From the NCBI GenBank assembly GCA_965371275.1, contig CBDUXW010000001.1, positions 1 through 24,171 on the forward strand: a DNA stretch of 24,171 bases. The letters run 5' to 3'. Positions 18,453 to 24,171 of the stretch are shown here, in pieces. A program made the translations under genes and the position numbers. The notes under the pieces are model-generated. The model saw nothing but the letters and a program-made list of their open reading frames with translations, was not told the origin of the DNA and did no database searches. This DNA is from an uncultured bacterium (GTDB lineage Bacteria > Acidobacteriota > UBA890). Numbering within the stretch: position 1 is the stretch's first letter; each line of letters starts with the position of its first letter.

Positions 18453-19048
18453 GATTGGCTCTTTCTCAGCTTGAAGCCGTCGAGGCGGTCGCCGAGCCCG
18501 GCCAACCCTTCTTCGAGGCCGGTCATATGAGAGCCGATATCCGCCTCCGAATCGGAGCGCAGCGCCCGCCGCAGATGCTCGAACTGTTCTCGTGAATAGC
18601 GCTGCTCCTCGGCGATGCCGGAAACGCGCTGGCGCAGCGACACCAGCATGGCGTTGAGAGCTTCGGCTTCATTACCCAGCAGGTCGCGCTCGCGGATTCC
18701 GGCGAAAGGCACCAGGTTGCCGCTCTGGATCTCCTTGAAGACCATGCGGAAGCGGTACAGCGGGCCGGCGATACGATGTGACGTAAGAATCGAGTGCACT
18801 GCCAGCAATCCGAACGTGATCAGAATTGCCGGCCAGAAGCGCGTGTGCAGGGCGAGAAACTCGGTGGCGATGGCGGCCCGTGCTTCCGGCGACTCGGTGT
18901 CGCCGGTGAGCTGCAGCATCAGGGGCGTGAACAGCGCCGCCGCGAAGATCGTGGCGGCGGCGACGAAATACAGCAATGTAATGGCGAGCAGCCGCACCTG
19001 GAGCCGATCGATGAGAATTCGGCGACGCTTGTGCTTCTGCGGTGCCAT
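18449..19048 (-). CDS. Two-TM membrane protein with HAMP-like domain and coiled-coil tail, no catalytic or signalling output domain
   Basis: Basic N-terminus (KHKRRR), TM1, about 30-aa loop, TM2, SHRIAGPLYRF...GNL...RERD...ALNAML HAMP-like segment, helical tail. Confidence 0.75.
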   Translation of the reverse strand: MAPQKHKRRRILIDRLQVRLLAITLLYFVAAATIFAAALFTPLMLQLTGDTESPEARAAIATEFLALHTRFWPAILITFGLLAVHSILTSHRIAGPLYRFRMVFKEIQSGNLVPFAGIRERDLLGNEAEALNAMLVSLRQRVSGIAEEQRYSREQFEHLRRALRSDSEADIGSHMTGLEEGLAGLGDRLDGFKLRKSQS

Positions 19049-19423
19049 CTAGCGCCGTGCCTTCCGCCAGGTCATGTTGGGTTGGTTCTTCAGCCTGACG
19101 CGCCCGTTGCCCGACGTGTCGTAGTACAAGGCCATGTGGTATTGCTGGCCGTCGCCGTCGACGTACTCGATTGTGTGCAGGAACCCGACCTCGTCCTGCA
19201 GCCGGACGACGGTGACGATGCGGTAGCGCTCCGGCCTGGCCTCCCCGGTACCGATCAGTAGTTGCACATCGGTCAACGTAAAAAAGCGGCCGGCGTAGTC
19301 CGGATCGGTCGTTCGCCAGGTGCCGATGAGTCCCGCCGGCATGGGGATAACCTCGCTGCCGTCGAGGAGACAGGCGCACGTCGTCAGGAGGCAAAGTGTG
19401 AGCACGATCGTTCGCCACCCCAT
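19049..19423 (-). CDS. Small exported protein of unknown function (124 aa)
   Basis: ATG 19423 preceded by GAGAGG at 7 nt. N-terminal signal-like MGWRTIVLTLCLLTTCAC, then a beta-rich body starting LIGTWRT. Its TAG directly abuts the next ATG (19048). Confidence 0.7.
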   Translation of the reverse strand: MGWRTIVLTLCLLTTCACLLDGSEVIPMPAGLIGTWRTTDPDYAGRFFTLTDVQLLIGTGEARPERYRIVTVVRLQDEVGFLHTIEYVDGDGQQYHMALYYDTSGNGRVRLKNQPNMTWRKARR

Positions 19424-19474
19424 CCCGCAACCTCTCTCCCTGCTGACCGAATGCACCAAACCCGTGTGTCGCCC

Positions 19475-19559
19475 TGCGCACGAATACCTACATGTGCGCA
19501 CAGTCTGACGACCCGGAGGGACTGGATTCAATCCCTTTCGTCGGTTTCTACGATTGAAT
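19475..19559 (-). promoter_or_regulatory. Cluster of inverted repeats upstream of the four-gene pilin/HD-GYP operon
   Basis: TGCGCAC-N12-GTGCGCA (19475-19500), ATTCAATC-N18-GATTGAAT (19526-19559), and an overlapping stem AGGGATTG-AATC-CAGTCCCT on the - strand (19517-19536). Confidence 0.4.
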
Positions 19560-19611
19560 TGCCCACGCGCGACCCGCGAGACGGAGGGCTGTTCCCCGTG
19601 TCTTTTCGGTG

Positions 19612-21267
19612 CTAGCCGGGAAAAGTGGCCTCGCCGCGGCGAAATGTCGCCGTCACGTCGATCCCGAGAAGCTCCGATCGATCCGCGGTGAGCGGATTCG
19701 AGGACAACAACGCCAGGTCGGCCGGCTCTCCGGCGCGCAACACGCCGCCGCGCTGATCGCCCCCGCCCGCCGGGCGCAACGCCGTCGCCATGCGCAGGCT
19801 CTCGACGCGGGATAGTCGCTCCTGGGGCTGCCAGCCGTCGTTCGGCAGTCCCTCGCGGTTACAGCGCGAGACGGCGGCGTAGAAATCGAGCAACGGCGGG
19901 CCCGGGGCGACGTAGTAGTCCGACGACATCGCCAGGTTGGCGCCGAGGCCATGCAGCGTTTTCCATGGATACACGCGTTCGCCGTGCTCCGGCCCCAGCC
20001 GCCCGTCTTCCATTGTCTTGCCGTTGGCGTCGGGGTCGATGAACTGCGGCTGCGCCACGAGCACGAATCCCTCTGCCGCGGCGCGCCGAATGTCGGCGAC
20101 GGAGGCATAGGCGAAGTGCTCGATGCGAAAACGGCGGGGATCGGCACCGGTGGCGTCGGCCACCGTGCAGTAGGCGTTCAGGACCCGATGCACGGCATCG
20201 TCGCCGATGGCATGCGTGGAGATGTCGAGGCCGGCGTCGATGGCGCGTCGCGTTTCGTACTGCAACTCCGCATCGCTCATTCGCATGAAGCCGCGGGTGC
20301 TCGGGTCGTCGACGTACGGATGGCTGAGCGCGGCGCCGCGGCTGCCGAAGGCGCCGTCGGCGTAGAGCTTGATATGGGTCACTCGATGGCGTGGCGACAG
20401 CTCACGAAAGGCGTCGGGATCGGCAACGATCTTGTCGGCGAGCGGGCTCGGCGCCGGAATCATCAGATTGACGTCAACGGCCAGCGGCGACTCGGCATCG
20501 GACCACGCCAGTAGCTCCAGGTAGAGCTCGAAATCGACCATCATGCTGACCATCGCCGGGCAGGCCATGAAGCCGGCATCGAAAACCTCGGTGACGCCGC
20601 GTGCCGCCAGGGCGTCGGCGGCACGGCCGAACGCGGCGCGTACTTCCCAGCCGGCGGGCCCGGGGATCTTGTCGAGCACCGCTTCGACGGCGCGCTCGAG
20701 CAGCATGCCGGACGGGTTGCCGTCGGCGTCGCGGCGAATCTCGCCGCCGTAGGGCTCGGTGCCGGTCCGGGGAATCCCGGCGGCCTCCATCGCCGCCCGG
20801 TTGACCCACGCCGAATGCGCATCGATACGAACCAGAAACACCGGGTGGTCCGGAACCGCGGCGCTCAGCGCCTCGTGTGACGGCAGCTCGGTTACGCCCC
20901 AATCGTGTTGGTTCCATCCCATGCCGAGTATCCAGAGGCCCGGCTCCACCCGCTTTGCTCGGTCCCGGACGAGCGCGACGATCTCGTCGGCGGAGGCGGC
21001 GCCGGCCAGATTGAGGTTCACCCGCTCGTTCTCTTCGGCGTTCAAGAGGGCGAGCCCGACGGCGGTCAGATGCAGGTGATGGTCCTTGAGGCTGGGAATG
21101 AGGCAGCCGCCGCCGAGGTCGATCGTTTCGTCGGCCGACGCGGCGTCGACCTCGTCGAGCGAGCCGACGGCGGTGATTGTTTCGCCCTCGACCCGCAGCG
21201 CCTCGACGGTTGTGGCGTTCGCGTCGAGGGTGAGGATCTCAGCGCCGCGGAAGACTTTCGTGCTCAT
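19612..21267 (-). CDS. YtcJ-like metal-dependent amidohydrolase (amidohydrolase_3 family)
   Basis: DLGGGCLIP.L.DHHLH, GWNQ..W, RIDAHSAWVN..A, G.L.E.A, K..ADGAFGSRGA.L..PY, THAIGD, RIEH, SSD, G.PADL..L. Confidence 0.88.
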   Translation of the reverse strand: MSTKVFRGAEILTLDANATTVEALRVEGETITAVGSLDEVDAASADETIDLGGGCLIPSLKDHHLHLTAVGLALLNAEENERVNLNLAGAASADEIVALVRDRAKRVEPGLWILGMGWNQHDWGVTELPSHEALSAAVPDHPVFLVRIDAHSAWVNRAAMEAAGIPRTGTEPYGGEIRRDADGNPSGMLLERAVEAVLDKIPGPAGWEVRAAFGRAADALAARGVTEVFDAGFMACPAMVSMMVDFELYLELLAWSDAESPLAVDVNLMIPAPSPLADKIVADPDAFRELSPRHRVTHIKLYADGAFGSRGAALSHPYVDDPSTRGFMRMSDAELQYETRRAIDAGLDISTHAIGDDAVHRVLNAYCTVADATGADPRRFRIEHFAYASVADIRRAAAEGFVLVAQPQFIDPDANGKTMEDGRLGPEHGERVYPWKTLHGLGANLAMSSDYYVAPGPPLLDFYAAVSRCNREGLPNDGWQPQERLSRVESLRMATALRPAGGGDQRGGVLRAGEPADLALLSSNPLTADRSELLGIDVTATFRRGEATFPG

Positions 21268-21286
21268 ACGCGCGGCACGTGCCGGG

Positions 21287-22003
21287 TCAATGCACGACGT
21301 GGAGGTTGCCGCGATGGTGCTGCGGCCGACCGCGATCGGCGCCGCCGAACAGGCTCACGAGCAGCACACCGACCAGGAAGCCTCCGATGTGCGCGTACCA
21401 GGCGACGCCGCCGCCTCCTCCGGTGAACGCCGAGAAGATCTGAATGAAGAACCAGATGCCCAACAGCACCGCCGCCGGCAGATACATGATCCGGATGAAG
21501 AAGATCAGGAAGACGAACGTCAGCACGTTGGCTTGCGGGTGCAACACCAGATACGCGCCGAGCACACCGGCGATGGCGCCGCTGGCGCCGATCATGGGGA
21601 TGGAACTGCCCGGATCGATCATGACCTGCGAGATCGCGGCGCCGAGACCGCACACGATGTAGAACAGCAAGTACTTGGCGTGGCCCAGCGTGTCTTCGAT
21701 GTTGTCGCCGAAAACCCACAGATAGAGCATGTTGCCCGCCAGGTGGAAGATCCCGCCGTGGACGAACATCGAGGTGAACAACGTCAGCGGCGCCGGGATC
21801 GCCGTCTGCGACCACGTCGACGGCGACAGCAACTGGCTCGGGGTGACCGCAAGCTGCTGCACGAACCCGACGTAGGCGTCGTTGTTGCTGCTGCCCCATA
21901 GCAGGAGGATCTGGTACATGAACACCGCGATGTTGGCGGCCACCAGCCCGTGGTTTACCCACGGCGTGATCAGCGTCGGGTTGTCATCGCGCAGCGGAAT
22001 CAA
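21287..22003 (-). CDS. Rhomboid family intramembrane serine protease
   Basis: MIPLRDDNP, TSMFVHGGIFHLAGNMLYLWVFGDNIED, GASGAIAG (catalytic Ser), AWYAHIGGF (catalytic His). TTG start overlaps the upstream stop. Confidence 0.93.
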   Translation of the reverse strand: MIPLRDDNPTLITPWVNHGLVAANIAVFMYQILLLWGSSNNDAYVGFVQQLAVTPSQLLSPSTWSQTAIPAPLTLFTSMFVHGGIFHLAGNMLYLWVFGDNIEDTLGHAKYLLFYIVCGLGAAISQVMIDPGSSIPMIGASGAIAGVLGAYLVLHPQANVLTFVFLIFFIRIMYLPAAVLLGIWFFIQIFSAFTGGGGGVAWYAHIGGFLVGVLLVSLFGGADRGRPQHHRGNLHVVH

Positions 22004-22284
22004 TGCACGAGCTCCCCGTCGCCGCCGTCGAACCGGTCATGGATGATGCGCGCGAAACGCGTTCGGTAGATCAAGTCGAACTGCGCCTCGCTGCCGGGAA
22101 ACAGCGCCACGGTCGCAGCCCGCATGCGCTCAACGATCGCCTGTGCTTCGTCGACCGTCAGGTCCGCCTGTATCAACTCCGCGGAAGTCAAAGACACCAG
22201 AAATCGCAAACGCTTCAGGCGTCGGTTCTCATCGGCGAGGGCGTCGGCATCATGGGGGGAGCTATCGTCTCGTACCGTCGTCAT
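22000..22284 (-). CDS. Small helical hypothetical protein (94 aa; alternative GTG start at 22317)
   Basis: ORF fills the gap between plsC and the rhomboid gene and its TGA overlaps the rhomboid TTG. Amphipathic pattern RRLKRLRFLV...LFPG....FDLIY..RF.RII. Confidence 0.7.
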   Translation of the reverse strand: MTTVRDDSSPHDADALADENRRLKRLRFLVSLTSAELIQADLTVDEAQAIVERMRAATVALFPGSEAQFDLIYRTRFARIIHDRFDGGDGELVH

Positions 22285-22303
22285 GGGTGGCCGCGCCGCA
22301 TCG

Positions 22304-23062
22304 TCAAGCCGCCTCACGCCGCTCTGTTGTCATCGCGATCACCGCGTCACGGATCGCATCGGCGAGCGCCCTCGGTTCGGCGAACTCGGCAGGGTCGAGC
22401 GGTCGACCGATCTTGACGCGGATCACACCGGGATCGGCGTGCCACGAACCGCGCGGCAACAGCCGCCCGCTGTTGAGAATGGCGACCGGAACGACCGGTA
22501 CGCCGGCGGCATGCGCCAGGTTCACGCCGCCGCGCTTGAAGCGGGCGATCTTGCCCTCCGGTTGGCGGGTGCCTTCGGGGAAAATGACCACCGACAGGCC
22601 CGACGCGACGCGTTTCGCTGCGTCGTCGAGACTCGAGCGCGCCTGCTTCGGATCCTGTCGCTCGACCGGGATGTAGCCGACCCGCGACATGTACCAGCCC
22701 ATGAAGGGGATGCGAAACAACGACGCCTTGGCGAGCATGCGGAACGGAAAGGGCAGGCAGGTGAGCAGCGTCGGTATGTCGAACAAGCTCTTGTGATTGG
22801 CCATCACGACGTACGACTTGCCCGCCTCGAAATGCTCGCGGCCCTCGACGTCGACCGTCACCCGGCAGGTCTGGAAGATCCAGGCCCCCCAGTTGTGAGC
22901 GCAGGCGTGGACCCATCGGCCGCGCCGGTCGAAGAGCGAAATTACCAGGGCAGAGCTGCCCCAGAACGCAGTCCACAGAGCCGTGAGTAGGCACTGTACC
23001 GGATAGCGAACGCGCGCCAATCCAGTGTAGTAGAGCTTGCGGTCGGGATGGGCTCGGTCCAT
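22304..23062 (-). CDS. plsC: 1-acyl-sn-glycerol-3-phosphate acyltransferase (PlsC/LPLAT family)
   Basis: NHKSLFD (HX4D), AKASLFRIPFMGW, FPEGTR, FKRG, PVVPVAI; N-terminal hydrophobic helix. Confidence 0.88.
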   Translation of the reverse strand: MDRAHPDRKLYYTGLARVRYPVQCLLTALWTAFWGSSALVISLFDRRGRWVHACAHNWGAWIFQTCRVTVDVEGREHFEAGKSYVVMANHKSLFDIPTLLTCLPFPFRMLAKASLFRIPFMGWYMSRVGYIPVERQDPKQARSSLDDAAKRVASGLSVVIFPEGTRQPEGKIARFKRGGVNLAHAAGVPVVPVAILNSGRLLPRGSWHADPGVIRVKIGRPLDPAEFAEPRALADAIRDAVIAMTTERREAA

Positions 23063-23068
23063 CGGGTC

Positions 23069-23083
23069 AGTCTAGCGTAGAAT
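23069..23083. promoter_or_regulatory. Back-to-back -10 boxes (candidate bidirectional promoter for plsC and yqeY)
   Basis: TAGACT on the - strand (23069-23074) ends 6 nt before the plsC ATG. TAGAAT on the + strand at 23078-23083. No good -35 for either. Confidence 0.4.
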
Positions 23084-23116
23084 GAATCTTCCCTCTGGAG
23101 GTCCCCGGCAACAGCC

Positions 23117-23566
23117 ATGCTCGAACGACTGCGAAACGATCTGACCACGGCCATGAAGGCGCGCGACGCCGTGACGATGCGCGTGTTGCGCATGGTTCTG
23201 GCCGACGCGCACGACCGCAAGATCGCCGCCGGCGAAGATCTCAACGACGACGAGCTCATCGAGGTCTTGCAACGCTGTGTCAAGCAACGGCAAGAGGCTG
23301 CCGAGCTGTTCGAGAAAGGCGGGCGCCAGGACCGCGCCGACGACGAGCGCGCCGAGATCGAGGTGTTGCGTGGCTACCTTCCCGAACAACTCGACGGTGA
23401 CGAGCTCGCCGCCGCCGTCGACCACGTCATCGCTGACATCGGCGCCGCGTCACCTTCCGACATGGGCCGCGTGATGGGCGAGTTGATGAGCCGCCACAAG
23501 GGCCGGCTCGACGGCAAGGCGGCCAACGCCGTCGTCCGTGACAAGCTGCAGAGCGGTAGCGGGTAG
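23117..23566 (+). CDS. yqeY: GatB/YqeY domain protein
   Basis: L..DL..AMKARD......LRMV, KQRQEA.E.F..GGR.D.A..E..EI.VL..YLPEQL, DMGRVM, GRLDGK. Confidence 0.92.
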   Translation: MLERLRNDLTTAMKARDAVTMRVLRMVLADAHDRKIAAGEDLNDDELIEVLQRCVKQRQEAAELFEKGGRQDRADDERAEIEVLRGYLPEQLDGDELAAAVDHVIADIGAASPSDMGRVMGELMSRHKGRLDGKAANAVVRDKLQSGSG

Positions 23567-23580
23567 GAGCCGGCCGCCCG

Positions 23581-24171
23581 ATGGATCCTGTCACGCACGC
23601 CGTTGCCGGGGGACTGGTGGGCAAGTCGGGGGTGGCGCACCGTCTGCTGCCTGCGGAGCTCGAAACTCGCGGCGTCATGCTGACGGCGGCCTGTGCATTG
23701 GCGCCCGACCTCGACGCCATCGCCGAGTTCAGCCCGGACCCACTGGCGTTTCTGCGCTATCACCGCGGCTTGACCCACTCGCTGTTCGGTGGCGCCGCCC
23801 TGGCGTTGCTCCTGGCATTTGCCTTGGCGCCCTTGTTCCCCGGCGTGTCACGCCGGCGGTTGTTCGTGCTCACCAGCTTGGGTGTGTACATCCACATCGT
23901 GCTCGACCTGCTCACTTCGTACGGCACCGTGTTGTTGTACCCGTTCCTCTCACGACGCTTCTCACTGGATTGGCTGTGGACTTTCGATCCGACCTTCCTG
24001 GGAATCCTGCTCGGCTGTGCCGTGGGCGTGTACTTGCTGCGCCAGGCGCCTCGCCGCGTCGCCAAGGTCGGGCTGAGCTTCGCTCTCGGCTATGTCTTCT
24101 TGTGCGGCGCCCTGCAATGGGTCGCTGTGCAGGCGATTGCCGCCGAGGCCTCGACGCTGGAGATTGCCGGC
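23581..24171 (+). CDS. YdjM-like membrane-bound metal-dependent hydrolase (3'-truncated by window edge)
   Basis: Missing from the ORF track because it has no stop in the window. Translation gives MDPVTHAVAG...APDLD...HRGLTHSL...HIVLDLLTSYGT.LLYPF...FDP, the family signature. Confidence 0.88.
   Translation, partial: MDPVTHAVAGGLVGKSGVAHRLLPAELETRGVMLTAACALAPDLDAIAEFSPDPLAFLRYHRGLTHSLFGGAALALLLAFALAPLFPGVSRRRLFVLTSLGVYIHIVLDLLTSYGTVLLYPFLSRRFSLDWLWTFDPTFLGILLGCAVGVYLLRQAPRRVAKVGLSFALGYVFLCGALQWVAVQAIAAEASTLEIAG

Noticed and set aside
19370-19423. Lipoprotein call for the small exported protein
   Set aside because: Neither LTTC nor TCAC fits the [LVI][ASTVI][GAS]C lipobox well.
19495-19545. 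Hammerhead ribozyme (CTGACGA on + at 19505-19511; GAAA-stem-TC on -)
   Set aside because: CTGANGA and GAAA are on opposite strands. On - the expected core reads CTGTGCG and stem II cannot close.
19490-19560. Canonical c-di-GMP-I or -II riboswitch call
   Set aside because: Only fragments match. The junction nucleotides and P3 or pseudoknot pairing are absent, so it is kept only as a structured-leader finding.
1-24171. CRISPR arrays, tRNA/rRNA, IS or integrase genes
   Set aside because: No spaced direct repeats, cloverleaf/T-loop motifs or transposase/recombinase motifs seen by eye. Intergenic spaces are all short and accounted for.

Overview
GC-rich bacterial chromosomal window with no mobile element, CRISPR array, rRNA or tRNA seen. 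The gene order trpE-G-D-C-F-B-A-chorismate mutase-DAHP synthase resembles Acidobacteriota-type loci (taxonomy is inference). The + strand carries the end of a MoeB/ThiF E1-like gene, a JAB peptidase, an AroD-AroE fusion, a YIP1 protein, a full trp operon extended by chorismate mutase and DAHP synthase, and a bioY-sucC-sucD-Cys/Met PLP enzyme operon. The - strand carries plsC, a small hypothetical, a rhomboid and an amidohydrolase, then a tightly coupled four-gene module: small exported protein, 2TM-HAMP protein with no output domain, orphan GspG-like pseudopilin, and a membrane sensor-HAMP-GAF-HD-GYP phosphodiesterase. The window ends with yqeY and a truncated YdjM-like hydrolase. Two signals stand out. 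(1) The pseudopilin/HD-GYP module has no secretion or pilus machinery beside it and is a candidate pilin-linked c-di-GMP signalling system. (2) An unannotated 32-codon leader ORF (3293-3391) ends in W-R-Y-W-S-W-T-W-stop and is followed directly by a hairpin that buries the trpE Shine-Dalgarno, suggesting translational rather than classical terminator attenuation.
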